Shown here piece by piece: positions 29,688 to 41,062 of a stretch of 64,000 bases of DNA. The DNA is from Verrucomicrobiota bacterium (GTDB lineage Bacteria > Verrucomicrobiota > Verrucomicrobiia > Limisphaerales > Palsa-1400): the NCBI GenBank assembly GCA_049510745.1, contig JBEKYR010000007.1:96001-160000 (forward strand), in the 5' to 3' direction. The position numbers were made by a program, and so were the translations under genes. The notes beneath the pieces were generated by a model. The model was not told where the DNA came from. It did not search any database and worked only from the letters and a program-made list of their open reading frames with translations. Within the stretch, counting starts at the first letter, position 1, and each line of letters starts with the position of its first letter.

Positions 29688-31205
29688 TCATTTGGCGACG
29701 GCGAACACAACGTCTTTTCCTTCCACCCCGCCGTCGTCCTTGCCGTCGCGCCCGACGCTGTAAACGACGTAGCCTTGCCCGCGCGTCGCGTAGCGGAGCG
29801 GTTGCTCGTCGTGCGGATCGATCGGAACGGCCGCGAGGTAGCTGGAACAAAGGTCACCCAGAACGGCGGGCAATCGGCCGCCGTTGGCCGCCCGAAAGCG
29901 TTCCACCGCCACCGCCGCCTGCGCGACGCGCACGGAGTCGAGACCGCGTATGCCGTGTTGGAGCTCTGGGCCGAAATTGGGCAGTAAAGAACTGGCCAAG
30001 ATGAGCTTTTGCTCTTTTGCCTCTTTTAGCATGCGCTCGCATTCCGCCGTGGCCTGCTGGCGCTGCGCCAGGAGCTTCCGGCTCACGTCAACCTGATACT
30101 TCCAGAAATCCAGGGCGAAATTCAAGTCGCGGTTGCCGGTGCGGCGCATGGTTTCCAGGTACGCCCTGATCTTGGGATCCATATCGCCAAGCCCCTGCGC
30201 CAGTTGCTCCGGTGGCAGTTGCAGCTTGTCAAGAGACATCGCGCGCTCGCCGAGCAGGGCACAAGTCGTCCCGTTGGTGTCCTCAGCCAGCGCGAACGCC
30301 CGCTGCAAATCCGCAAGCTGCGCCGGCGACAGGGCGAGCCGGTTGACGACGCACTCGGCCGCATATTGGGCGAAGCCCAGGCCCGAGGCCCGCACCAGTT
30401 GCGAAATCATGATCGGCTCGGCTTCGAGTGAGCGCGCCAGGGCCAACCCCAGCCGCACGGCTTGGCACGCCCCCTCCGCATCCTTCTGGTCCGCCTGATA
30501 AACTGCGGACAACTGGGCCATTTGGGCGGCTTGCTTCACTTGGCTCACGTGCTTGAGTTTCATGCTCGGGCCTTCCCTGAAATCAAGCGGGTAGCGGCTC
30601 TTGGCGCAGCGCGCCCCTTGCTCGAACTTCTCCAGCGCCGGGCGGTTCCTGGCCAGGAAATCTCCGATGGCTTTTTTCGCTGCCGCGGGCAGCGGCTGTC
30701 CGGGCGGCGGCAGCTTGCCTTTGCCAATTAACGGCAAGTCCGCGGAGTTGGCGTCCTGCGCCGAGATCTGAACAAGCTCGAAACCTGCCAGGAAAAAATC
30801 CGCCGCATTCTCGCCTGCGGGCGGTTGCTCGTACCAAACATTGAGTTCCGCGCCGGAGGCAGGTTCGCCGGCTTTGCGAATGGCCTCCAGTTTGGCCTGG
30901 CACTGCGCGTTCACCGTTTTGGCCGCTGATTTTCCCCAAATAAGCACGCTGCCAACGGCCACCGCGGCCAGCAGGAGCAGGCTGCCGATAGCCAGAGCGG
31001 TGATGCGCGCCCAGGAACGGCGGCCGCCTGGTTCGCGGGCTGGCATCCCCGGGCGCGAGGTTGGCCCGGCCGACGCAGGCGCCGGCTCGCGCGGGATGAT
31101 AATTAGCTGGCCACAGGCAGGGCAACTGGTTTGCGAGCCGGCGCAGGCGGCGTCCACCGCCAGGTGCCTCCCGCAGTTGGGGCAGGCGAATTTCAGATCG
31201 CTCAT
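29688..31205 (-). CDS. Hypothetical protein: N-terminal zinc ribbon, one TM helix, helical periplasmic part ending in a GspG-like motif
   Basis: CPNC..CPAC; TM at about aa 66-90; PIDP..YVVYSVGRDGKDDGG. Confidence 0.7.
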   Translation of the reverse strand: MSDLKFACPNCGRHLAVDAACAGSQTSCPACGQLIIIPREPAPASAGPTSRPGMPAREPGGRRSWARITALAIGSLLLLAAVAVGSVLIWGKSAAKTVNAQCQAKLEAIRKAGEPASGAELNVWYEQPPAGENAADFFLAGFELVQISAQDANSADLPLIGKGKLPPPGQPLPAAAKKAIGDFLARNRPALEKFEQGARCAKSRYPLDFREGPSMKLKHVSQVKQAAQMAQLSAVYQADQKDAEGACQAVRLGLALARSLEAEPIMISQLVRASGLGFAQYAAECVVNRLALSPAQLADLQRAFALAEDTNGTTCALLGERAMSLDKLQLPPEQLAQGLGDMDPKIRAYLETMRRTGNRDLNFALDFWKYQVDVSRKLLAQRQQATAECERMLKEAKEQKLILASSLLPNFGPELQHGIRGLDSVRVAQAAVAVERFRAANGGRLPAVLGDLCSSYLAAVPIDPHDEQPLRYATRGQGYVVYSVGRDGKDDGGVEGKDVVFAVAK

Positions 31206-31332
31206 AGTTCAGTCAGGGACCTGATTTCGGTTCTCTTGCGCGTCAAGCAGAACAGCAATGCGGTCGCATGTCAATGCGTTTTCCAATGCCACTGCTTGCC
31301 TTTTGGCGGGGCGCGCTTTACCCTTCTCCACC

Positions 31333-32865
31333 ATGAACACCCGCACCCGCCGAAACCTATTACTGACAATGTGCGCTCTTCTTTCATCGGGAATTCTCTC
31401 CGTCCGCTCCCAGGACGCTGCGCTGGGCGACTTTGAAGCGCAGGACGACATCGGCTCGCCCAAGCTGGCCGGCTCGGCCGGCTACGACCCCGCCCGCCAG
31501 GAATACACCCTGGCCGGCGCGGGCACCAACCTCTGGTTCACCACCGACCAGTTCCATTTTCTGTGGAGGAAGATGAAGGGGGATTTCATTCTGCGCGCGC
31601 GGATTGAATTCGTCGGCAAAGGCGCCGTCGCCCACAGAAAAGCCGGCTGGATGGTGCGCCCGAGCCTCGAGACGGGCGCGCCCTACGCGGACGCCGCGGA
31701 GCACGGGGACGGCCTGACCTCCCTGCAGTTCCGCCGCGCCGCGGGCAGCAACACCGAACAAATCGTGCTCAACGTCAGCAACGCGAACGTACTGCAATTC
31801 GAGCGCCGGGGAAAAACTTATATTTTCTCGGCGGCGCGTTACGGGGAGCCGTTGGTCAGCGGGCAACTCACCAATTTTGATTTGGGCGACGAAGTGTACG
31901 CCGGGCTGTTCATTTGCTCGCATACGGCGGACGCGGTGGAGAAGGCCGTTTTCCGCGACGTGCGCCTCATCCGGCCCGCCCCGGAAGGGTTTGTGCCGTA
32001 CCGGGACTACATTGGGAGCGTGCTGGAAATCCTCAATGTGCAGAGCGGGAAACTCGAGCAGATTTACAGATCGGAGCAGCCGTTCGAGGCCCCCAACTGG
32101 ACGCGCGACGGCCAGGCGCTGATCTTTAACACCAGCGGACGGGCGACGGGCTGGGGACGATTGTGCCGCTTCGATCTCGCCACCAAGACTCTGTCGGTTC
32201 TCAACACCGACCCTTGCGTTCAGGTCAACAACGATCATGTGTTGTCCTTCGACGGGACGATGCTGGGCATCAGCGATCAGAGCGCCGATCACGGCGGCTT
32301 CTCGCGCGTGTTCACCGTGCCGGTCGAAGGCGGAAAACCCAAGGCGATCACGCCCTTGACACCCTCCTACTTTCACGGCTGGTCGCCCGACGGAAAGTTC
32401 CTCGTCTATACAGGCGGACGGAACGAGAAGTTCGACATCTACAAAATGCCCTCCGAGGGCGGGGAAACGGAAACGCGGCTGACGGACGCGCCCGGATTAA
32501 ACGACGGCCCCGAATACACGCCGGACGGGAAGCATATCTATTTCAATTCCACCCGCAGCGGCACCATGCAACTGTGGCGCATGAAGCCGGACGGGCGGGA
32601 CCAGGAACAAGTGACGAACGACGACTTCAACAATTGGTTTCCGCATATCTCTCCCGACGGAAAATGGATCGCGTTTATTTCCTTCAGCAAGGACGTGGAC
32701 CCAAAGGACCATCCCTATTACAAACACGTCTGCCTTCGCCTGCTGCCGATCGCCGGCGGCCAGCCCAAGATCATCGCCTACGTCTATGGCGGGCAAGGAA
32801 CGATGAATGTCCCTTCGTGGTCGCCGGACAGCACCCGGATCGCGTTTGTCAGCAACACGCGTTAA
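31333..32865 (+). CDS. Secreted TolB-like PD40 beta-propeller protein with N-terminal beta-sandwich domain
   Basis: Repeats WSPDGK/YTPDGK/ISPDGK; signal peptide; GGQGTMNVPSWSPD. Confidence 0.85.
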   Translation: MNTRTRRNLLLTMCALLSSGILSVRSQDAALGDFEAQDDIGSPKLAGSAGYDPARQEYTLAGAGTNLWFTTDQFHFLWRKMKGDFILRARIEFVGKGAVAHRKAGWMVRPSLETGAPYADAAEHGDGLTSLQFRRAAGSNTEQIVLNVSNANVLQFERRGKTYIFSAARYGEPLVSGQLTNFDLGDEVYAGLFICSHTADAVEKAVFRDVRLIRPAPEGFVPYRDYIGSVLEILNVQSGKLEQIYRSEQPFEAPNWTRDGQALIFNTSGRATGWGRLCRFDLATKTLSVLNTDPCVQVNNDHVLSFDGTMLGISDQSADHGGFSRVFTVPVEGGKPKAITPLTPSYFHGWSPDGKFLVYTGGRNEKFDIYKMPSEGGETETRLTDAPGLNDGPEYTPDGKHIYFNSTRSGTMQLWRMKPDGRDQEQVTNDDFNNWFPHISPDGKWIAFISFSKDVDPKDHPYYKHVCLRLLPIAGGQPKIIAYVYGGQGTMNVPSWSPDSTRIAFVSNTR

Positions 32866-32877
32866 GAGGCGGCTCTC

Positions 32878-33327
32878 TCATGTCGCCGGCGGCGTGTGCC
32901 TCATCGCCTCCGCGCAAATGACCAGGTATGCGGAGGCGAGCAACAGGAGGGGCGAAGAGCGAACGCCGGGCATCAGTCGTCTGCGGTACACTGACCCTCC
33001 AATATGCCCGAGCCCATTTGCAAACATGATGATGGCGAACGGATACGCAAGCCATATCATGAAGCGACTTCCCCGGAATGCCATCGGTGACACAGAGAGG
33101 GCCAAAAAAACGCCAAGGCACAAGCCAGTCAGCCATACCCGGAACGTGAAAACCGGCAGCGGTAAAAAAGGAAACCGCTTGCGAATGGCCTGGGCGGTTG
33201 GATTGTACACGGACAGGAAGTCCGTCGCCGCCTCATCGGCCACGTGCAGCGCCAAGGCAACACATAAGCAAACCCAGGCGATCCCGAATCGCCGCCCCTC
33301 TTCGCTGATTAGTTCGCTGGCTATCAT
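32878..33327 (-). CDS. Small membrane protein, HXXEE-like
   Basis: ALHVADEA motif, about 4 TM helices, NGLGH. Confidence 0.6.
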   Translation of the reverse strand: MIASELISEEGRRFGIAWVCLCVALALHVADEAATDFLSVYNPTAQAIRKRFPFLPLPVFTFRVWLTGLCLGVFLALSVSPMAFRGSRFMIWLAYPFAIIMFANGLGHIGGSVYRRRLMPGVRSSPLLLLASAYLVICAEAMRHTPPAT

Positions 33328-33621
33328 AAACGCGACCGCCGCCTGACTTTTATACAACCGCCGGTTCGTATATTGAAGGGAAAAAATCAAGCCGAGGCGA
33401 CCGGCCCAAATCCTTCCTCCGTCCGCCCATTCACTGATTGACTGATTCACAATTCATTTATTCGGTATCCCCGTCCCTGTGCATCAGTGCGCCCCAAAGA
33501 TGCGCCCCGCCCCGAACAGCGCGCCGAATAGTTCTTGCATGGCGCGGGGCGGTTGTTACAGTCCTCTCGCACGCAGCGCCGCCCACAGGCGGTTTTACTT
33601 TCGGCAATTGACAAATAGTTT

Positions 33622-34566
33622 GTGAAGCTTTTTTCCGGCAACTCCAATCCGCCTCTGGCAACCAACATTGCCGCCTACATCGGCATTGAGTTGGGCCAAT
33701 GCTCCGTCAAGGCGTTTCCCGACGGTGAAACGTTCGTCAAAATCGAGGAAAATGTCCGGGGCGAGGACGTTTTTATCATCCAATCCAGTTCCCCGCCCAC
33801 CAACCATCACCTGATGGAACTGTTCATCATGATGGACGCGGTGCGGCGGGCCAGCGCCTCGCGCATTACCGCCGTGCTGCCCTTTTACGGCTATGCCCGG
33901 CAGGACCGCAAAGACCAGCCGCGGGTGCCCATTACCGCCAAATTGGTCGCCAATCTCCTGGTCGCCGCCGGCGCCAACCGCATCCTCACGATGGACCTCC
34001 ACGCCCAGCAGATTCAGGGCTTTTTCGACATCCCGGTCGATCACCTTTACGCCGCCCCCGTCATGTATGAGTACTTGAGAACCAAGAAGTTGCGCGATCT
34101 GGTCGTGGTCAGCCCGGATGTGGGCGGGCTGAAAATGGCCCACGCTTATTCGCAGGTCTTGGAGGCTGGGCTGGCCATCGTGGCCAAGCGCCGCAAGAGC
34201 GCCACGGAAATCGAGGCCATGGCGGTCATCGGGGAAATCCGCGGGCGCAACGTGCTCTTGGTCGATGACCTGACCGAGACGGCCGGGACGTTGGTCACGG
34301 CGGCGGCCCTTTTGAAGAAAAAGGGCGCCAAACAAATCCTGGCCTGCGTTTCCCATACCCTCCTCAACGACCTGGGCATACAAAGATTGCGAAAATCGAA
34401 GATTGACGAATTAATCACGACTGATACCGTCCTACGCCCCGCTATTGACGGGGTGAAGATCACGACGCTCTCGGTCGCCTCGCTTCTGGGTGAAGCGATC
34501 AAGCGGATTAACTGTAATTCGTCGGTCACGTCGCTGTTTGAGTTTAACGGCGGCCGCACCAGTTAG
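33622..34566 (+). CDS. prs: Ribose-phosphate pyrophosphokinase
   Basis: FPDGE, YGYARQDRK, DLHAQQIQGFFDIP, VDDLTETAGT. Confidence 0.96.
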   Translation: MKLFSGNSNPPLATNIAAYIGIELGQCSVKAFPDGETFVKIEENVRGEDVFIIQSSSPPTNHHLMELFIMMDAVRRASASRITAVLPFYGYARQDRKDQPRVPITAKLVANLLVAAGANRILTMDLHAQQIQGFFDIPVDHLYAAPVMYEYLRTKKLRDLVVVSPDVGGLKMAHAYSQVLEAGLAIVAKRRKSATEIEAMAVIGEIRGRNVLLVDDLTETAGTLVTAAALLKKKGAKQILACVSHTLLNDLGIQRLRKSKIDELITTDTVLRPAIDGVKITTLSVASLLGEAIKRINCNSSVTSLFEFNGGRTS

Positions 34567-34606
34567 GCTGGCGTTTGGGCGGGTCTTCGTATAAAAGGTA
34601 ACAAAG

Positions 34607-35452
34607 ATGAAATCGATCGCTTTAACCGCGTTTCCGCGGACGTTGGGCCGCCGGGCGGGCGCCAAGAAATTGCGCGCCTCGGGACGGGTGCCCGCCATTA
34701 TTTACGGCCGGCACAATCCGCCGCAAAATCTCGAAATCAACCTCCAGGACATCAAAAACGCCGTCCACGGCGCCGCTTCGGAGATCGTGCTGGTGGACCT
34801 CTCGGTCACCGGCGACCCCAAGCCCCGGCGCCTGGCGCTGGTGCAGGAAATCCAGCACCACGTCTTGACCAATCAAGTCCTCCACGTCGATCTCCACGAA
34901 GTCGCCGAGGATGAAAAAGTCACCGTCCTGGTGCCGGTCGAAGCGGTCGGCGAAGCCATTGGCGTCAAAACCGGCGGCGGCACGCTCGAACACGTCTTGT
35001 TCAAGCTCAAGGTGCGCGCCCTGCCCAAGGATTTGCCCGAAGCGCTGGTGGCCGACGTGAGCCATTTGGAGATCGGCAAAGCCGTTCACATCGGCGAAAT
35101 GAAAGCGCCGCCCGGTGTCGAAATCCTTGGCGACAAGAATATCCCGGTCCTCTCCGTCGCCGCGCCGGTCAGCGAGGCGCAGGAGGCGGCCACGCTGGAA
35201 GCGGCGACCACCCCGACGGGCGAAGTGGAGATGATCAAGGAGAAGAAGGAAGAGGAAGCTGAGGGCGAAGCCAAACCGGCCGAAAAAGCCGTTGGCAAGG
35301 GCGCGGAAACAGCCCCGGTCAAGGGCGCCGAGAAGGCCCCGGCCAAGGGCGCGGAGAAGCTTCCAGCCAAACCCGGCGAGAAACCGGCCGCTCCCGTCGC
35401 GGAGAAACCGGCCGAAAAGAAACCGGAGAGGAAATTCGGGAGGAAAAAGTAA
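34607..35452 (+). CDS. rplY: 50S ribosomal protein L25/CTC with K/A/E/P-rich tail
   Basis: LRASGRVPAIIYG, HVDL, GVKTGGG; prs-rplY-pth synteny. Confidence 0.93.
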   Translation: MKSIALTAFPRTLGRRAGAKKLRASGRVPAIIYGRHNPPQNLEINLQDIKNAVHGAASEIVLVDLSVTGDPKPRRLALVQEIQHHVLTNQVLHVDLHEVAEDEKVTVLVPVEAVGEAIGVKTGGGTLEHVLFKLKVRALPKDLPEALVADVSHLEIGKAVHIGEMKAPPGVEILGDKNIPVLSVAAPVSEAQEAATLEAATTPTGEVEMIKEKKEEEAEGEAKPAEKAVGKGAETAPVKGAEKAPAKGAEKLPAKPGEKPAAPVAEKPAEKKPERKFGRKK

Positions 35453-35467
35453 GCGGTCGTTGATTCG

Positions 35468-36073
35468 TTGGAGAATTTGCATCTCATTGCGGGCCTGGGT
35501 AATCCCGGCCCCGAATACGCCGCCACCCGGCATAACGTCGGGTTTGTGCTCGTGGAGCGTCTGGCGGCGCGCTGGCAGGCGGCCTGGAAAACGGAGAGAA
35601 AATTCAGGGCCAGGCTGGCCCGGCTGGAGCGGGCGGGACAGAAGGTGATTTTATGCCAGCCGCAAACGTTTATGAACGAGAGCGGCGCGGCGGTCGGCGC
35701 GCTGGCGCGGTTTTATCAACTGCCCGCCGCGCGGATTTTGATCGTGGTGGACGACGCGGACCTGCCCCTGGGGCAAATCCGCTTGCGGCCCGATGGCAGC
35801 AGCGGCGGCCATCACGGCCTGGAGTCCATCGAGGGGCAACTGGGCACGCGCGGCTATCCGCGCCTGCGCCTGGGCATTGGCCGCCGGGCGGACGACGACC
35901 GGGAAATTACGGATTACGTCCTGGGGCGGTTCTCAGCCGCGGAGCGGTCAGTCATGGCTGAGGTTTTGGACCGCGCCGGCCAGCAGGTGGAATGCTGGTT
36001 GAGCCAGGGCGTCAAGCAGGCGATGAATGAATTTAACGGCGCCGTGACGGCGCCATCAGACAAAGGAAAATAG
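35468..36073 (+). CDS. pth: Peptidyl-tRNA hydrolase
   Basis: GLGNPG..TRHNVGF, PQTFMNESG, GGHHGL. Confidence 0.95.
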   Translation: MENLHLIAGLGNPGPEYAATRHNVGFVLVERLAARWQAAWKTERKFRARLARLERAGQKVILCQPQTFMNESGAAVGALARFYQLPAARILIVVDDADLPLGQIRLRPDGSSGGHHGLESIEGQLGTRGYPRLRLGIGRRADDDREITDYVLGRFSAAERSVMAEVLDRAGQQVECWLSQGVKQAMNEFNGAVTAPSDKGK

Positions 36074-36402
36074 TGAAACGTTACGAAGGACTGTTTATTT
36101 TAAACACGGCCGGCAAGGAAGAGTCGATCAAGGACGCGATTGATAAAATCTCGGCCGAGATCGCCTCGGCGGGCGGCAAAGTCGAGACCGTGCAGAAAAT
36201 GGAGAAGAAGACCTTTGCGCGCGTGGCCGACCGCAAGTACAGCACCGGCTTTTACGTCAATTTCGTCTTCGAAGGCGCGCCGGCGATTGTCTCGCAATTG
36301 CGCCACCGCTTCGCCAGCAACGACGAGGTGTTCCGGGCCTTGTTCACCCTGGCGCCGGCCCCCAAACCCGCTGCTCCCTTACCCGCCCATGGCCAGCTTT
36401 AA
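36073..36402 (+). CDS. rpsF: 30S ribosomal protein S6
   Basis: MKRYEGLFIL..GGKV..GFY; synteny with ssb. Confidence 0.88.
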   Translation: MKRYEGLFILNTAGKEESIKDAIDKISAEIASAGGKVETVQKMEKKTFARVADRKYSTGFYVNFVFEGAPAIVSQLRHRFASNDEVFRALFTLAPAPKPAAPLPAHGQL

Positions 36403-36859
36403 CAAAGTCATTTTGGCGGGCAACCTGACGCGCGATCCCGAATTGCGCTACACGCCCAAGGGAACGGCGGTGGTCAAAATCGGCCTGGCCGTCAACCGCA
36501 CCTGGAAAAGCGAATCGGGCGAGACCAAGGAAGAGGTCAGCTTTATTGATATCGAAGCCTGGGGCCGCCAGGCCGAGGTCATCGCCCAATACATGCGTAA
36601 AGGCCGTCCTCTCCTCATCGAGGGCCGCCTCAAACTGGACACCTGGGAGGACAAGAACACGCATCAAAAACAAAGCAAACTCAAAGTCGTGCTCGAAGGG
36701 TTCTCCTTTATTGACTCCAAAGCTCCCGAAGGGGCCGCTCCCGCAGGGGAAGCCCCGCGCCGCCCGGCCCCCGGCTCCGCCCCCGCCCCCGCCCCCAAGC
36801 CGCCGGAGCCGGCGGAAGGCGACGCGCCCGCCGCGGAAGAAGACGACGTTCCATTTTAA
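36389..36859 (+). CDS. ssb: Single-stranded DNA-binding protein
   Basis: MASFNKVILAGNLTRDPELRYT; acidic tail EEDDVPF. Confidence 0.95.
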   Translation: MASFNKVILAGNLTRDPELRYTPKGTAVVKIGLAVNRTWKSESGETKEEVSFIDIEAWGRQAEVIAQYMRKGRPLLIEGRLKLDTWEDKNTHQKQSKLKVVLEGFSFIDSKAPEGAAPAGEAPRRPAPGSAPAPAPKPPEPAEGDAPAAEEDDVPF

Positions 36860-36895
36860 CAGATCCGAATCCTTTCATCCTTTAGAATTCATTGT

Positions 36896-37645
36896 ATGCC
36901 AAAAACTGAAGTCATCCTGATTCAAAACATCGTGGGTTTGGGCGGCGAATCCGACCTGGTCAAAGTCGCCGCCGGTTACGCCCGCAATTACCTTCTTCCG
37001 CAGGGCCTGGCCGTGCCGCTGACGTCCTCCAACAAACGGCGCATCGAGGCGCTCAAGCAGCGCCGGGCCGAGCGCGAGGCGCATGAGTTCAACACCATGA
37101 CCGAACTGGCCAAGAGCCTCTCCATGCTCATTGCCGTCTTGCAGGTCAAGACCGGCGACGATGGGAAGATGTTCGGGACCGTCACCTCCGGCATGATCGC
37201 CGACCAGTTGAAAACCCAGTTCGACATCGTGCTTGACAAGAGGAAAATCCACCTCGAACACCCCATCAAAACGCTCGGCGACCACGAAATCGAGCTTCAT
37301 CTCCACTCCGACGTCAAGGCGACCTTGAAGGTGCGTGTGGAAAGCACCACGCCGGTCGCCCTGCCCGTCGAGCCGCCGAAAGCCCCCGGCGATCGCGATC
37401 GCCGCGAAGGCCCCGCCAGAACGGAATCCCGCGGCCACAAGCGCTTCGAACGCACCCGCGAGGAAGAAGCCGCCCCCGCCGCCGCCGAAAAGCCTCAGCG
37501 CCCGGAAAAAAAGCCGCGCCCGGCCCAGGCGGACAAAGCCGACAAGCCCGCCAAGCCGGAAAAGACCGACAAGCCCGTCAAAGCGGAGAAAGCCGAGAAA
37601 CCCGCCAAAGCCGAAAAAACCGAAAAGGCGGAGACGCCAAAATAG
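36896..37645 (+). CDS. rplI: 50S ribosomal protein L9 with long K/E/A/P tail
   Basis: VAAGYARNYLLP, GKMFGTVT, PIKTLG. Confidence 0.93.
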   Translation: MPKTEVILIQNIVGLGGESDLVKVAAGYARNYLLPQGLAVPLTSSNKRRIEALKQRRAEREAHEFNTMTELAKSLSMLIAVLQVKTGDDGKMFGTVTSGMIADQLKTQFDIVLDKRKIHLEHPIKTLGDHEIELHLHSDVKATLKVRVESTTPVALPVEPPKAPGDRDRREGPARTESRGHKRFERTREEEAAPAAAEKPQRPEKKPRPAQADKADKPAKPEKTDKPVKAEKAEKPAKAEKTEKAETPK

Positions 37646-37682
37646 ATCGGCCCTTTGCCGGCCCGGAGCCGGCCGCCGCGCC

Positions 37683-38939
<1,257 letters not shown>

Positions 38940-38973
38940 AAAAAAAGGGCAGCGCGCCTCAAGACGGCTGCCC
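38940..38973 (-). terminator. Intrinsic terminator between acpP and fabF
   Basis: Minus strand GGGCAGC..GCTGCCC followed by T7, directly before the fabF ATG. Confidence 0.7.
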
Positions 38974-38992
38974 TGGCAAATTGCCGCGGCAG

Positions 38993-39238
38993 TTACTTCT
39001 TCTGGGTGTCTTCAATATACTTGATGACATCGCCGACGCTTTGCAGCTTTTCGGCTTGTTCATCCGGGATTTCGTTGCCGAACTCCTCCTCCAACGCCAT
39101 CACCAGCTCGACCGTGTCCAGCGAATCAGCGCCGAGGTCTTCGATAAACTTCGCCTCCGGAGTCACCTGATCCGGGTTGACGCCGAGTTGTTCGACAATG
39201 ATGTCTTTGACTCTCTGCTCGATTGATTTTTCAGCCAT
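38993..39238 (-). CDS. acpP: Acyl carrier protein
   Basis: [20 protein letters not shown]. Confidence 0.97.
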   Translation of the reverse strand: MAEKSIEQRVKDIIVEQLGVNPDQVTPEAKFIEDLGADSLDTVELVMALEEEFGNEIPDEQAEKLQSVGDVIKYIEDTQKK

Positions 39239-39316
39239 CGGTTCACTCCATTATTTATTTGAATTGTGTCTATGCCCGACGCCCTGGAAAGCGTCAAGCC
39301 CTGATTCAGATTATTT

Positions 39317-40060
39317 TTACATCGCCATTCCCCCGTCCACCGCCAGCACCTGGCCGGTGATGTAGCGCGCCCCCGGCCCGGCCAGGAACAGCGCCGCTTC
39401 CGCCACGTCTTCCGCCTGCCCCAGCGAGCTTAACGGAATGCGTTTGAGCATCTCTGCCCTCAACTCCGCCGTCAACCCCGCCGTCATGTCCGTCTCGATG
39501 AATCCCGGCGCCAGCGCGTTGACCGTCACCTTGCGCGAGGCGAACTCCCGCGCCAGCGCCTTGGTCAACCCGATCAACCCCGCCTTGCTCGCCGCATAAT
39601 TGGCCTGCCCGGCGTTGCCTATCAAGCCAATCACGGACGACACATTGATGATCCGTCCCGAACATTGCCTGAGAAACGCCCGGCTGAAGGCCTTGGTAAA
39701 TGCATACGCGCCCTTGAGATTGGTGTTCAGGACCGTGTCCCAATCCTCAACGCTCATCCGCATGAGCAACCCGTCGCGCGTCACCCCGGCGTTGTTGACC
39801 AGAATATCGACTCTGCCCGTTTCCGCGAGTATTTTTTCGCCCGCCTCCGCCACCGCCTCCGCCACCGCCACATCCACGGCGTGCGCCCAGGCTTTGCGGC
39901 CGAGGGCGCGCACTTCTTGGGCCGCCTTTTCCGCGTTCCCGGCCGTGCGCGAAACGCAGACGATGTCGGCGCCCGCGGCGGCAAATTTCAGGGCGATGGC
40001 CCGCCCAATCCCGCGACCGGCGCCCGTTATGACCGCTATCTGGCTGGCAAGTTGGGACAT
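39317..40060 (-). CDS. fabG: 3-oxoacyl-ACP reductase
   Basis: TGAGRGIG, NNAGVTRD, YAASK, PGFIETDMT. Confidence 0.95.
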   Translation of the reverse strand: MSQLASQIAVITGAGRGIGRAIALKFAAAGADIVCVSRTAGNAEKAAQEVRALGRKAWAHAVDVAVAEAVAEAGEKILAETGRVDILVNNAGVTRDGLLMRMSVEDWDTVLNTNLKGAYAFTKAFSRAFLRQCSGRIINVSSVIGLIGNAGQANYAASKAGLIGLTKALAREFASRKVTVNALAPGFIETDMTAGLTAELRAEMLKRIPLSSLGQAEDVAEAALFLAGPGARYITGQVLAVDGGMAM

Positions 40061-40067
40061 ACGTTTT

Positions 40068-41006
40068 TCAGTGAGTTGTGGTCAGTGTCTGGACGGTCGC
40101 CTCCAGGCTGGGCACGTCGGCGACGTTCAACATTTGCGCGTTTTTGTCGATGCGCTTCATAAACCCGCTCAGGGCCGTGCCCGGCCCCAATTCGATGAAT
40201 CGCGTAAATCCTTCCCCCAGCAAATAGCGGATCGATTCCTCCCACTGCACCGGCGACACCACCTGCTCGGCCAGGCGACGGCGGATGTCTTCCGCTCCGC
40301 CATGAGGGCGCGCCGTCACATTGGAAATGACCGGCACCGACGGCGCTTGCAGCGCGAGCGCCTCCAGCATGGCGCGCACCTTCGGCTGGGCGCTGGCCAT
40401 CAGCCGCGAATGGTACGCTCCCGCCACCGGCAGCCGCACCGCCCGCTTGGCCCCTTTGGCCTTGGCCAGTTCGCACGCCTTGTCGATCTTCTCCGTTTCA
40501 CCCGAAATGACGATCTGGCTCGGACAATTTAAATTTGCCATCTCAACATCCGCCGCCTCGCAGACCCCGCGCAACGTTTCCGCCTCAAGGCCTAGCACGG
40601 CCGCCATCGCGCCCCGGGTCAATTCGCAGGCTTCCTGCATAAAACGTCCCCGCTGCCGCGCCGTCCTCAGTCCGTCGTCGAACGGCAATACCCCGGCCGC
40701 CACCAGCGCCGTCAACTCGCCCAGCGACAACCCCGCAGTGGCTTGAAACGAAAACCCCGGCACCCGCTCTTGGAGCACTTGAAACGCCGCCCAACTGGCC
40801 AGAAAAATCGCCGGCTGGGCGTTCTCCGTGCGGGTCAACTCCTCCTCCGGCCCGGAAAAGCAAATCGCCGGCAAATCCCCTCCCAGCACCGTCCGGCTTC
40901 GCTCAAAGCAGGCCCTGGCCGTGGCGAACGATTCGGCCAAATCCCGGCCCATGCCGACGACTTGGGCCCCTTGCCCGGCGAACAGCAACGCAGTTTTGCG
41001 CATCAT
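40068..41006 (-). CDS. fabD: Malonyl-CoA:ACP transacylase
   Basis: FAGQGAQ, GLSLGE, GAYHS. Confidence 0.94.
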   Translation of the reverse strand: MMRKTALLFAGQGAQVVGMGRDLAESFATARACFERSRTVLGGDLPAICFSGPEEELTRTENAQPAIFLASWAAFQVLQERVPGFSFQATAGLSLGELTALVAAGVLPFDDGLRTARQRGRFMQEACELTRGAMAAVLGLEAETLRGVCEAADVEMANLNCPSQIVISGETEKIDKACELAKAKGAKRAVRLPVAGAYHSRLMASAQPKVRAMLEALALQAPSVPVISNVTARPHGGAEDIRRRLAEQVVSPVQWEESIRYLLGEGFTRFIELGPGTALSGFMKRIDKNAQMLNVADVPSLEATVQTLTTTH

Positions 41007-41062
41007 GCCGCCCCACTAAACACGAAGTCCCGCCGCTGGAAAAGAGATTTTTAACCCGAATT

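Noticed and set aside
33450..33621. tRNA-Gln often found upstream of prs
   Set aside because: No cloverleaf or GTTCGA T-loop visible
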